A DNA stretch of 40,396 bases, taken from assembly GCA_003990765.1 (NCBI GenBank), contig RBNJ01000123.1:1-40396 (forward strand), read 5' to 3'. The notes under the pieces are model-generated. The model ran no database searches. It saw only the letters and a program-made list of their open reading frames with translations, and was not told the origin of the DNA. This DNA is from Jimgerdemannia flammicorona. Taxonomy: Eukaryota. Shown piece by piece: positions 12,342 to 24,791 of the stretch. Both the position numbers and the translations under genes were made by a program. Numbering within the stretch: the stretch's first letter is position 1; each line of letters starts with the position of its first letter.

Positions 12342-15300
12342 GAGATTGTCCGTGGAAGAGCTGAGAAGGTGGTGGTGGTTCCAGCTGAGCTTTAAACAAA
12401 TTCCTTTATGATGAAGAACAATCTATGTATTTTGTCGATCAATGTCAATGGATTGCAGGACAGTGTTAAACGATGGTGGCTGTTCAGATGGCTCAAAGTC
12501 AGGAGGTATAATGTGGTGTTTCTTCAGGATATTTGGGCTTATGGCGAGTCAGATTATGAGATATGGAGTAAAGAATGGTATGGTGGAGCTGGCTGGAATA
12601 AGCAGGTGGGCATTTTGGTTGGTGTGGGCAAAGGCAAGTTGGTGGAGGTTGAGATCTATGGCAACAGACTGATTTGGGGAAGGATTACAGGAGGGGCAGG
12701 TGACGGGTTGATGGTTGGCTCAGTTTACCTCCCTGCAGTTGGCAGAGAGTGAAAGCAATGGGTCAAAAGATGGCAGGCATGGGATGGGCAGGAGGAGGTT
12801 GCTTTGGACATTCTGGGGGGGGACTTCAATATAGTGTATGATCGAACATTAGATAGGTCTGATGGTGGAGCAGGAGTTGCAGTTTCCTCTGGACTATCGC
12901 AATGGCTTCAGGTAGAGCACGACATAGGCTTGGTAGATGGTGTTCATCAACATCAGGGAGACAAGCTAGGACCTTTCACTCAGTGGCACCCAGTTGGAAC
13001 AGTATTGGTTGAGACATGAATTGATTGGGTGCTAGTGGCGGAGTGCTGGGGCCATGTACTGGATACTGCTGAGGTGCGCTGGTGTCCATGGTCTGATCAT
13101 TGGGGTGTGGAGGTTTGTGGTAGATTTCAAGCAGCGGGCAGTGGTGGAGGGTGCTGGTGCCTCAATGTGGCCCTACTCAAGAGGAAGACAGAGAGAGATA
13201 ATTTTGTGGCAGTGGTGAGACAGGAAGTTGGGCGATGGCGCAATGAAGGACAGTTGATAGCAGAATGGTAGAGTAAATTCAAACATCTGGCTGGGGCTTA
13301 CTGGCGGGATGTTGGAGAAGTGGCTGAGAAGGAACAGAAGGACAAGGAGAGAAGGGTAGAGAAGGGGCTGTGATGGTGGTTGAAGCTTTTGGAGGTGGGG
13401 GACCTGTCTGGAGAGGTGCGCCGCTGATTAGCATTAGAGGTGGCAGAGCTACAGGTGGATTTAAGGGTGTCTGAGACCAGGGTGGTAGATGGCCTGCTGG
13501 CCAGGTTGCGGTCCAGGTGGCTAGAGGAAGGAGAGAGGCCAACAAGATATCTGTCTGGAGTTTTGAAGGCTAGGAGGGTACAACACAGCTGGGCCTCAGT
13601 TTTGTGAGAAGATGGAGTGGAGGTCTCGGGGATTGTGGACATGTTAGGGGAGGTGTCTGGTCAATGGCAAGCTCTTTGGCAGGATGGTGGGGAGCATGCT
13701 GAGGATACAGGATTTGGAGAGGATGACAACAATATAGTGACCAATTGGCCAGTAACTGCGATACCTGGGATAGGAGAGGTGGTCATGGGAGAGGTGTCTC
13801 TAGATGAAGTATTGGAAGCACTGAGGAAGACACAGACTGGTTCATCTCTGGGGGAGGATGGGCTGCCCTGGGAATTCTGGAAGGAGTTTAAGTCAGAGTT
13901 TGGTGACTGGTTGGTGGAGATGGCCAATGCAGTTCTGAAGGAGGGCAGCTGGATTGGAAATGGTTCCTTGGGGCTAGTCTCTCTTCTATACAAGGAAAAG
14001 GGTGATTGACAGATGTGGCGTAACTGGCAACCTATCATGCTGCTGAATGTAGATAGAAAGCTAATTTCGAAGATTCTGGCAGAGAGGATGCAGCAGTATA
14101 TTGGCATACTAGTTGGAGAAGAGCAGCGAGGCTTTGTCAAGGAGAGGTAGATTAGAGATAGTACTGCTTGGGTGCAGAATGTCTTAGAGGGCTGTAGGAG
14201 GCAGCAGGTAGATGGCGAGATAGTCTTTCTGGATCAAGAGAAGGCCTATGACAGAGTGTGGTGGAGTTATTTGGAGGCAGTTCTGAGGAGGGTAGGGTTT
14301 GGTGTAATAGAGGCAGGGTGACTGATGGGCCTGGTAAGGGGATGCCGAGCAGCGGTAATGATGAATGGATGGTGTAGACTGGAGTTTGCCTTGGGGTGAG
14401 GGGTACCACAAGGGGATCCCTTCTCTCCTCTTCTTTATGTACTTTCTCTGGAGTCTCTGCTGGTGTGGCTGAAGGGGTAGCTTTCTGGTCAGTGGATGGG
14501 AGATGTGGTCTGGCAGTTGAGTGCCTTTGCAGATGACATGGTGGTAGGGTTGGGTAGCCAGGAGGATGCCAAAGTCTTACAAGAAGGGGTCAGACAGTAT
14601 GAGAGGCTGGCAGGAGCAAAGTTGAACTGGGGCAAGTGCGAGACTATGGAACTTGGTGCTGGCCTGGGGGGATATGGACAATTTGGACAATTGGTAGCTA
14701 CAGGGAGTGCTGTTCATTATTTGGGTATCTGGTTTTCGGTGTATGGGATGGTCCTACTAAGGGAGTGGTGGGGTGGATTGGTTCAGAAGCTGGAAGGTGT
14801 GCTGACAGGATGGTCAGGAAGGAGCTTCTCATTGGTTGGCAGGATTGTGGTCTTGAATGTGTATTGGCTGCCCAAGCTGTAGTATCTGGGTTATCATCTA
14901 GATTTTCCAGGGTGGGTGGTGCAGCAGCTGAAGAAGATTGTAGAAGGGTGGTTATGGCGGGGGAGGCACCCACAGATTGGGTGGGAGACTTTGGTGATGA
15001 GGATTTCTGATGGAGGCCTGGGGCTGGTGGATTTCAAGCAGCAACTGAAGGTACTTCAGGGCTGGTGGGGGTGCCAACTGAAGGAACTAGGTGAGGAAGG
15101 TTGGGGCAGGCTAGCTATGGACAATTGGGAGGTCAGGTTCTGCCCTCATGGTGAGGTTTGGAAGGATATGTGGGGTTTGCTATAGGTTGGAAATGTAGGT
15201 AGACTGCGGTTTAAGGGGTTCTGGTGGGGCATTGTAGAGGCCTGGCTAGCCATGGGGTTGACAGGCCCAGAGATAGAGATGGACGAGAACCCTGAGCAGT

Positions 15301-15819
15301 GATGGTGGTGGCTGGGAGACCTTCACGTAGGTGGCCACAGTCTGAAGGAGTACTCTCTGATTGAGACAATGGAGTGGATCAGGTCTGGCCCTCTGGAGAG
15401 ATGGCTGCCTGGTTGGCAGAGAGCTGGTATTGGTGAAGGCTGGGAGTGGGGTCGAATTTGGAATTGGGGAGACTCCGTACACAAGATGGTACCACCCAAG
15501 TATTGGGTGGTTTGGTGGCAGTTCCTGAGACATAATGTGATGCTGAGCTACTGGATGGGCTGGATGGAGATTGATGGCTGTCGGGACTATGAGTGGTGTA
15601 ATGAGGTGGATGGCAGGGTTGTTCAGATACCTGAACATATCCTGGGGGCTTGCCCAGGCATGGATGGGTTTTGGCAGAGTTTGGAGGGGTACTGGGACCT
15701 GGCGGGGCATAGGGCAGAGGATCCAATCAGTCTGGTGGTTAAGTGCCGACTGGTAGGGGAGATTGGTGACATACATATGGGAGAGCCTTGGTCGAGTATT
15801 GGGGGTAGTGCTCCGCAAA

Positions 15820-16195
15820 CCCGACCTGATTAACCCGAAACTCAACCTGTAAAACAGCCAACCCAGAATTATATGTTACCCATCTTTAACCCGACCCGGA
15901 ATAATACGTCACCCGTCTTTAACCCAACCCGAAATAATATGTCACCCGTCTTTAACCTGACCCGGAATTATACATCACCCATCTTTAACCCGACCTGGAA
16001 ACGTACATCACCCGTCTTTAACCCGACCTGGAATTATATGTAACCCGTCTTTAACCCAAACTGAGAAATATATGTGACCCGACCTGAGAAATATATGTGA
16101 CCCGACCCAAGAAATATATGTGATCTGACCCAAGAAATATACGTGACCTGACCCTGACCTGTATTTAACCCAACACAGACCTGTCTTTAATCTGC
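15820..16195. repeat. hAT-C left subterminal array: about 6 x 33 bp, then 4 x 23 bp, ACCCG core
   Basis: tttaacccgacccggaataatacgtcacccgtc units, then gtgacccgacctgagaaatatat units. Confidence 0.9.
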
Positions 16196-16355
16196 CTTTA
16201 AGCTACAAGGTACCAAAAAAAATATATTGCATATCTAAGATATATATTTAGAATAAACAAACAGAAACATAATTAGGAATCAGAAATCAAAATGAAATCG
16301 GAAATAAATAGGAAGTAAATCAGGAAAATAAAGAACTTACCGGTGTGAACAGATC

Positions 16356-17698
16356 TTACTCTTCATTGCTATAAACCAACTGATCCTCCTCTTCATCGCT
16401 ATAAACCAACTGATCCTCCTTCTTCTCATATTCCGAACCATCTTCCTCCATATATTCTGAACCGCTTTCCTCTATATCCTCCTCCTCCATATCCTCCTCT
16501 GGGCCGACCTCCTCCACACCAACCTCCATTTCGTCCTCCGCGCCAACCTCCCTGTATTCCTCCGCACCGACCTCCCTGTATTCCTCCGCACTGACCTCCC
16601 TGTATTCCTCCATGCTGACCTCCCCATGTTCCTCTGCGCCGACCTCCCCGTGTTCCTCCATGCCAACCTCCCCATGTTCCTCTGCACCAACCTCCCCCAT
16701 ACCGACCTCCCCATGTTCCTCTGCGCTGACCTCCCCTGCGCTGACCTCCCCCACGCTGACCTCCCTCATGCTGACCTCCCCCATGCTGACCTCTCTACCG
16801 ACCTCTCCACCAGCACCAACTCCTCCACTGGCACCGACCTCTCCCACCTCTCCATCTCCTCCACCACCACTCCCCTCAACAAAATGCACAAGCCTGCCAT
16901 CCATCAGTTGTATATAAAGCGTTTTGTCATTCTTCACCGGTACTCGTTCAAATATGGCCAGCAGTTTTTTGTGTTCATCTATGATGACAATTCCATCTGG
17001 ACAACCTCGCTTGTTCCATGCTTTGGCATTTACCTTGAAGCCAGTGTGGTATGACAAATGTTCCATGATTTTTGTACGGTTTTCTATCACTCTTATGACT
17101 TCTTGCCTCAGTTGGTCATCATATACTTTCTTAATGCATTTGTTGGCCACAGCGAAAGCATGCCTAATGTCCGATTTGTAAGGCCTTTTCTCTGTGAGGT
17201 TTGGGGCATCCGGGAAATTGATTTGGCAATGCTTCCAGGTGGTGTTTGGGCAAACTTGATGGCAAAAATGACAATTGTAGCAAGATTTGTGCTCCGGCCC
17301 AGGCTTAGAAGCTGGAGGATATATATATTTCAAATGTTATTAGGAAAAAAATTCGGACATTGATTTAAAAAGAAAAAAAAAAAAAAAAACTAACTTTTTC
17401 AAGCTGTGTTATTGGGATTTGGTGGGGGACCTTGTGCTTGCAGACCAGTGGCAAGCTGGCGGTCAAGCTGGAGAGTGGGGAGCTGAGGGTCAGCAAGCTG
17501 GGAGTCAGCGAGCTTGGCAACCTGGGTGTCGGCAAGCTCGGCAGGCTGGGTGTCGGCAAGCTCGGCAGGCTGGGTGTCGGCAAGCTGGGCATTTTTAGGG
17601 CACTGAGCTTTGGGACAGCGAGCTGAAGCGTGTCGAGCTTGGGGGGAGCCAAGTAAATACTTATTGGCCAGGCAGTCATATCCATGTTTTCTCAACAT
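16356..17698 (-). CDS. hAT-C passenger gene: Q/A-rich repeats, His/Cys motif, unknown globular segment and acidic repeat tail (one CGA>TGA-type stop in exon 1)
   Basis: Intron 17312..17394 (GTTAGT...CTAAT...CCAG) joins ORF 17399..17698 to ORF 16356..17333 in matching phase 1. Confidence 0.68.
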
Positions 17699-17719
17699 AG
17701 CGGTGAATTAAGTGAGGTG

Positions 17720-17985
17720 AAGCGAAGGACGAGGCAAAGCGAAGGATGAGGCGAAGTGAAGGATGAGGCGAAGTGAAGGACAAGGTGAAGTGAAGGATGA
17801 GGTGAAGTGAAGGACGAGGTGAAAAGAATGAGAGGCGAAAGTAAGCTTTCGATATCTTAAACGTTCAAAAGCTATAATATCTTTCAGAAGCTCTTTCGGA
17901 ATCTCTCTGAAATCTCTTTCAGAAGCTCTTTCTGAATCTCTTCGAAATCTCTTTTGGAATCTCTTTGAAATCTCTTTCAAAACCC
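17720..17985. repeat. Minisatellites: 17-bp gaaggatgaggcgaagt x6 and about 12-bp gaaatctcttt units
   Basis: Directly visible upstream of the passenger gene. Confidence 0.8.
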
Positions 17986-18086
17986 ATTTCTAAATTGCAT
18001 GTTGTTTGCAATCTGAGGAATGAGGGTGAGGGAGGTGGAGGAATATGTGAGGGTTGTGCAAGAGAAGTGGAACACAAGAGGAGTGG

Positions 18087-18718
18087 AATGCAAGAGGAGT
18101 GGAACGCAGTGAGGAAAGCTCCGGATTGTAAGCGTAAGCGTAAGTGTAAGTGCAAGCGCAAGCTTTGCTCCGCTCAGCTGATAGATGATATCACGTGATA
18201 TCAGCTTATTATCAGCTTGTCAGACTGAGCGGAGCAAAGCTTATGCTTACACTTACGCTTATGCTTACACTTACGCTTATGCTTATGCTTGCAATCTGGA
18301 GCTTTCCTCACTGTGTTCCACTTCTCTCTGCATGATTCAGCGGGTTCTGCGTAAGCCCCGATTGAGCAAGGTTTGTAACGATGTTTGAGCAAGGTTTGTA
18401 GTGTGTTTGAGCGAGATTTGCAGCAAGGTTTGAGCGAGATTTGCAAGCCTTGCACTTGCAAGCTCAGCCGATAGCTAATATCACGTGATATCAGCTTATA
18501 TACATGTCATATCAGCTTGTGACTGAGCCCAGGCTTGCAAGCACAAGGCTTGCAAAGCCTGGCTTATACAAATCTCGCTTTAATCTTACATGCAAATCTC
18601 GCTTGCAAATCTTGCTTGCAAATCTTACTCGAACCTCACTGCAAATCTCACTCAAATGCACCACAAACCTCACTCAAACGTCATTGCAAACCTTGCTCAA
18701 TGCAGAACATGCTGAATC
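18087..18718. repeat. Two adjacent long inverted repeats, each centred on a TGATATCACGTGATATCA-type palindrome
   Basis: Centres at 18186-18203 (perfect 18-mer) and 18473-18496 (one mismatch). Arms 18087-18178 / 18226-18334 and 18334-18467 / 18523-18718. Confidence 0.9.
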
Positions 18719-19066
18719 TCCAAAGTATGTTTGCTGTTTACTGTTTGCTGTTTGCAGTTGCATGATGGGTACCAGTTCACCACCCATGTGTATTTATTCA
18801 TCCATCCTCTGTCCACAATCGATCATTGGCTATCGCATGCCACCTCGCTGCTCTCCCTCTCGCTGCCCCCCACAGTTCCTAGCTTTTCCCACCACTTGCC
18901 ACTTGCCACCTCTCCACAACTCCCTGCCCCCTAGTTCACTGCCCCCCCAGCTCGTTTCCCAGTTCGCCACTCCCTAGCTTGCCACTTCCTAGCCACTTCC
19001 TAGCCACTTTCCAGCTCTCGGCCTCCCACTCAAGCTCCCAGTCTCTGCCATCATCAAATATTCGAA

Positions 19067-21344
19067 ATGTCTAAAGATCAAGAAGTATATTTAGGAGAAA
19101 TCTCGGAACTATCGGATGATATATCGGAGGATATATCGGAGGATATATCAGATATCTCCACCAGTTTGTTATCACCAACAAGCATGAGAATAAAAATAAA
19201 AACAAAACCTAGTGATAGCTGGGTATAGAATCATGCCACAAAGGTAGTTTTATACATTATGCTAATAGTTGAATTCATAGGGGTGATTGGTCTCAGTCAT
19301 AAGAGTGGGTGGTTGGTTGTAAGTGGTTGAGGTTCTAATATAGTCTCATATCTCTCTATTCAAATAGAATTTACAAAGTAAGCTCATCAGTTGCAACCAT
19401 TGCACGACTTGGAGCTATATATTGAAGGACGGCAATATCAACAATCTTAAACAATATCTCTGGAAGTATTACAATACCATGCTCTTACCTCTCCAGCATG
19501 CTGAGAATCCTTGCTGGTCTAAGAAAGATGATATTGTGAGTATGGATAGAATGGAATTTGGAAAGTACTTAGGAGATTATTAGAAAAATAATTAATCAAA
19601 TTTTATTATTACAAATAGGAACACACTAGCAAGACTTTAAGTGATGAAAATTTCTGTCGGTTAATTGCCAACTTCATTGTCACTAGATATCAGCCATTCT
19701 CCACTGTCAAAAATGCTGGCTTTAAGTATCTCCTTCATATATTACGTCCTGATCTGGCCCTTCCATTGGCTGATACGATTTCGTGAGTTATTCGAAAGGA
19801 ATTCAAACTATTGTGGACTCAAGTGAAAGTAAGGCTAGCAGGGCTCAAGTCAAAGGTGTCACTTACACTTGATTGTTGGACATCGGACGTTAACATCAAG
19901 GCTTTCTTTGGAATAACAGTCCATTGGATTGACAGTGATTGGAAGATACATGACATTATCTTAGACTTTGTGAATATCAGCGAAATAACACACACAGGTG
20001 CCAATCTTGTGAAAAGTCTGGAGCTGATAATAGATGATTTATTGCCTAGTGACAATCAAATCATTGCTGTTGTGTGTGACAATGCCAGTAACAACAATAC
20101 TCTGTTTGAGAATCTCCATCATCTGCTTGCTCATGTATGCTGTTTCGGGCATATGTTAAATCTCGTCATTTATGATACTCTTGGTTCTCTTAGTGAGCCC
20201 ATTGGAAAGCTACAGGAGTTGATAAAGAAGATCAAAAATTCAGCGCAACGATAAGCACAACTGGTGAAGGTCTGTGAATCCTCCGGAATTCCCATTTTGA
20301 AGCCTCTCTTAGATGTTATGACAAGATGGAGTTCTACACATGAAATGTTAGTTAGATTTTGGAATATAATTTGGAAGTATTTTGGTACTAAATAAATTGA
20401 TATTACATCCAAATAGGGCTTGGATATATTGTGTGCTATGGATAAGCAAATGAGCAATATATCTGAAGATGCATGGCAACAATTTGAATTGATTTGCCAA
20501 TTTCTCAAGCCTTTTGCCAAAGTGACAACTGTGATGTCAGCTTCGAAGTATCCTACAATAGCAGCTGTTATCCCACTATTTAATCAGCTATGTGATCACC
20601 TTGAAGATGTCATCGATACATATCAAACTGGTGAACATTTTAATCAGGTATATATATGATTTTGAAAGTAATTTTATTTGTGAATTTAGGAACTAATTTA
20701 GTAAGTAATTGGGAAGTAATATGTATATATTTTTATTTTTTATAGATAATGCTTACCGCTGCTAAGAATGCACATATGAAACTTCTAAAGTATTACTGCA
20801 AGACAATACCATTATACAGCATAGCTTCGGCCTTAGATCCATGTATCAACATGCATTATTTCCATCGTGAGCAATGGAAAAAATCCTTAATTGATAAATG
20901 GAAGAATCAGATGGAACATATCTGGGAAAAGGAGTATAAGCCTATTAATGCTATCATTATACCCTCAATATCTTGTGATGCCAATGATTTTATCAACTCA
21001 ATATATGAGAAGAAACAGCATGTCGATGTGGATGATGAGCTTGAATGGTGGGTGTTGTTTTTATGTTTTTTGATTGGCTTGGTTAATTTTCACTCATATT
21101 TCTCTGTTTCAGTTATTTGTCAGAGAATCCAGCTGATCCTCGTATAGATATACTGGATTGGTGGCGGCGAAATCAGTCGGTATATCCTAATCTTTCACAA
21201 ATGGCTCGCAATTATCTTGCTATTTCGGCAACATCTGTTCCATCTGAACATATTTTTTCTATTGCTGGTGAGCTAGTGACTGAACGTCGAAACAGCTTGT
21301 GTATAAATACAATTCGTGCATGCATGTGTTTAGATTCTTGGTAG
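19067..21344 (+). pseudogene. hAT-C transposase (BED finger, DDE core, dimerization domain), multi-exon, few stops
   Basis: ATG at 19067; SWV(W)NH, intron, CNHC; QPFSTV; SLTLDCWTS; CDNASNN; CFGH; DVMTRWSSTHEM; YPNLSQMARNYLAISATSVPSEHIFS; CLDSW stop. Confidence 0.95.
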
Positions 21345-21414
21345 TTTTCAGATATTTTTCACTTTCAATTACTCTGAATATTATCCAAATATTTTCCGAA
21401 TCATTTTTTCAGAG

Positions 21415-21765
21415 CAGAGTTCAGAGGGTCGGGTTCAGGGTCGGATTCAGGGGTCGGGTTCAGGGTTGGGTTCAGGGGTCGGGTTCAGGTTTGGGTTAAG
21501 GGTAAATAATGGGTCGGGTGACATACATTTCCAGGTCGGATTAAAGATGGGTAATGTATCTTTCCGGGTTGGGTTAAAGATGAGTGACATACAATTCTGG
21601 GTTGGGTTAAAGATGGGTGACATATAATTCTGGGTCAGATTAAAGATGGGTGATGTATTATTCTAGGTCGGGTTAAAGACGGGTGACATATAATTCTGGG
21701 TCAGGTTAAAGACGGGTGACGTATAATTCCGGGTCAGGTTAAATATGTACACGGGTCGGCTCAGG
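21415..21765. repeat. hAT-C right subterminal array (gggtcgggttcag units, then about 7 x 33 bp, inverted relative to the left array)
   Basis: gggtgacatataattctgggtcaggttaaagac units are the reverse complement of the left units. Confidence 0.9.
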
Positions 21766-22104
21766 TTGCGATGCACTAATTGGGGGTCTGGGTCTTGATG
21801 GATGGGGATTGGAGAAATGGTGGAGCGGTGGAGGTGGCTTCTCCAGGAGGTGGTTTAGGAGTGGTGGTATCAGGGGAAGCAACTTCGACCTAGGGCCCTA
21901 AAGAAGGTACAGGACATTGTCCAGCAGAGCCGAGGGTACCTAGTGTTAGATGATCGTGGAGTAAGATAGAGAGCAGGAGTTAGCTGAAGTATGCTACTTA
22001 TGTATATTATATGGTATTAGTAGTATATTGGAGTTCATGGTTATTGTATTAGATAGTTCATAATAAAGGAGTCCATGTGACTATAAAAAAAAAAAAAAAA
22101 AAAA

Positions 22105-22360
22105 GTCTTTCAAAAAGATCATATTTTAAAAAGGTTGGATTTTCAAAAAAGGTCAGATTTTTAAAAAAGGTCAGATTTTAGAAAAAGGTCAGGTTTTCAA
22201 AAAAGATCAGGTTTTCAAAAAAGGTCAGATTTTTGAAAAAGGTCAGGTTTTTGAAAAAGGTCAAGTTTTTAAAAAAGGTTGGGTTTTTGAAAAAGATTGA
22301 TAGTTAGGTTTTCAAAAAAGGTCAGGTTTTTGAAAAAGATTAAGTTTTCAAAAAAGATCA
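22105..22360. repeat. 18-bp minisatellite (ggtcaggttttcaaaaaa), about 14 copies, in a hAT-B intron
   Basis: ggtc recurs at 22151, 22169, 22187 and onward; transposase reading resumes right after it. Confidence 0.88.
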
Positions 22361-24177
22361 TCTTATATTCAAATTATGGACAATACATCTAACAATACTA
22401 TGTTTTTTCAAACAATTGGGATAGAGTTTGATCATACTGACCTCAACTATCAGCCAATATATCATATATGCTGCCTGGCTTATATCATTAATTTGGCTAT
22501 TCAGGACTTTTAAGTCTATTTAAAAGCTAATAATGAAGTGAGTAAAGATGGTTCTGGAGAAATAATTTCAAAGCTCTAATTAATTATTATCAAGATCCAG
22601 TCATCACTATAATGATTAGAGAGATTTACTGTATAATATAAAGCTTTTGGAGTCTGCAATCCAAAAGAACTTATTTTGGACATTAAAACTCAATAGAATT
22701 CAACACATTTGATAGTTAAATGGGTCTTAGAATTATCAGAGATAAGCTGATTATATTATATTTAATTTTTTAATTTTTTAGGTTTTTCTTCAAATAATCT
22801 AATAAATTAATTTATTAATAGCCATTAATCTCAATAGTTATAGCTGATAAAGATTTGCAAAAATATGCTATAGAAGACTATACTTGGCAGATGTTAAAAG
22901 ACATTTTTGGTATGCTAAAGTAATTTAAACAAGTAACAGATCTTGTAGCTCAGTATAAATATCCAATGATTTATTCTGCTATTCCTATTTACAACTTTCT
23001 AATAGATATGTTGGAGGATAATAATGAAGAAATTTGAAAACATACAGAAGAGCTGAATATCATTTACCTGGTACTAACTGCAGCTATTACCAAGTTAAAG
23101 ACATATTATTCAATGATAGATACTCTAATTTATTATATTAGTACTGATAAGTAAATATTTTAATCAGAGATAATATAAATCTATTTCAAAATTTGCTTGT
23201 TGGCTACTACTAATATATTTTAAATTTTTTTTATTTTATTTTTTAATAAAAACCAGTACTTGATCCCAAGCTTAAGCTAGAATATTATTTATTGCATAAT
23301 TGAAAAGATATTTGAATTGAAGAGACCAAAGACAAACTTCATACAGTTTATAATAAAAACTATACTCCTCCATCTAGATCAATTAATCAAACAAGTTCTG
23401 AAGATCATGAAGTAAGAGATGATGTCAATGCTATACTATATAAATATATATTCAACAAAAGACAAAAACTGATAACAAATCCTAAGTAGGAGGTAGATAC
23501 TTATTTGAAAAGTGAAACTGTTAAATTTCAAGCAGGAGTTGATATATTATCTTAGTGACAAGTAAATTGGGAATTTATATTTAAATAAGATCAATTCAAA
23601 ATATTATTTGAGTTTCTCTAATTGATTTAATTGATTGGAAATATTAGGACCATAGAGGAGATTTCCCAAATCTAGCAAAAATGGCATATAACTACTTAGC
23701 TATCCCAGCAACAAGTGCTCTAATTGAGAGAGTTTTTTCAAGTAATAAAGATCTTATAGTAGCTAAAAGAAGTACTTTAGACTCTGAAATAATTCATAAA
23801 TATATGTGTTTAAAGGCATAGCAATCAGTCTAGTATTTCAATAACAAATAGTTAATCCCAAATCTTGAAATATAGTTAAATTTCGAAATATCAAATAAAT
23901 ATAGCACTCAGGTATTATATTGTATAAGTATGACCCAGAACTTATAGATACACTATATCTGAATATAATTTCTGAATACATATCTGATTATTATATTCAA
24001 ATATAATTTCTGTCATTTCTAGCCTCAATAAGATAAACAAGATATCATTGTGTCTACTCAGGAGTACTAGAGATAGATAATAAGCAGTATAAATAGCATA
24101 ATATATTAAATTTCAAATATATTCAAAGCTTAAAAATATATATTATACATACTTGATTACTATATCCAAAATACTCA

Positions 24178-24737
24178 TGCTTGCAAGCTCACCAGCCTAT
24201 AAGTCTGCAAGCAATAAGTATAAGCTAAGAGCTTTGAATATTGCAGTCTATAAGTCTGCAATCCCACAAGCAACAAGTATAGGCTGAGAGCTTTTAATAT
24301 TGCAATAATCACAAGTCTACAAGTCTGTAATCCTACAAGCAAAAGTATAAGCTGAGAGCTTCAAATATTACAATAAGTGTAAGCCTGTAATCTCACAAGC
24401 AACAAGTATAAGCTAAGAGCTTCAAAATTGCAGCAAGTGCATGCTGCAATCCTGCAAGCAATAAGTATAAGCTGAAAGCTTTGAATATTACAATAAGTGT
24501 AAGTCCACAATCCTGTAAGCAACAAGTATAAGCCAAGAGCTTCAAATATTACAATAAGTACAAGCCTATAATCTCATGAGCAACAAGCATAAGCTGAGAG
24601 CTTCAAATATTACAGTGAGTATATACTGTAATTCTGTAAGTAATAAGCATAAGCCAAGAGCTTTAAATATTACAATAAGCACAAGCCTACAATCTTGTAA
24701 GCAATAAGCATAAGCTGAGAGCTTCAAATGTTGCACA
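24178..24737. repeat. Tandem array, about 9 x 60 bp, directly upstream of the hAT-B passenger ORF
   Basis: gcaacaagtataagctgagagcttcaaatatt recurs at about 24211, 24270, 24339, 24399, 24458, 24519, 24580, 24640 and 24701. Confidence 0.9.
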
Positions 24738-24791
24738 GGTAAAATATATATAAATAAGCTGGCTTTAATAATAAAAAATAAAAAACAAAAA

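Larger units (their letters stand above)
15806..21778 (+). mobile_element. hAT-C: complete two-gene hAT transposon with an 8-bp TSD
   Basis: TSD attggggg at 15798-15805 and 21779-21786; imperfect TIR TAGTGC(TC/AT)CGCAA; inverted subterminal arrays at both ends; internal transposase. Confidence 0.95.
12408..21969 (+). pseudogene. LINE-B ORF2 (APE-RT-CCHC), split by hAT-C at 15806..21778
   Basis: SINVNG, FLQD, GGDFN, WSDH, GEDGLP, DQEKAYD, QGDP, FADD, GGLGL, and a C-terminal EWC..EHILGAC zinc finger; many TGG>TAG/TGA and CGA>TGA stops. Confidence 0.93.
10356..22102 (+). mobile_element. LINE-B: apparently full-length L1/Tx1-clade LINE with a 15-17 bp TSD, interrupted by hAT-C
   Basis: (aa)gtctttcaaaaagat at 10339-10355 and 22103-22119; AATAAA at about 22062 and poly(A) from 22085; ORF1 and ORF2 remnants. 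Confidence 0.95.
9546..23821 (+). pseudogene. hAT-B transposase (pieces 9546..10326 and about 22372..23821)
   Basis: (H)LEEVHK BED end; FVKLLGSHLGENLSSIF; MDNTSNN at about 22376; C..H-like CCLAY; FPNLAKMAYNYLAIPATSALIERVFS at about 23661-23740. Confidence 0.88.

Noticed and set aside
15820-16195. CRISPR-like look of the 33-bp and 60-bp arrays (also 21510..21745 and 24178..24737)
   Set aside because: Units are contiguous with no unique spacers, there are no cas genes, and the context is eukaryotic transposons.
17919-18977. Short ORFs with KRKRKCK or AYAYTY repeats
   Set aside because: Translations of the inverted-repeat arms in both directions; no coding signal.
21415-21505. Telomere-like gggttcagggttggg tract
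   Set aside because: It is the CGGGT-core subterminal repeat inside the TSD-bounded hAT-C.
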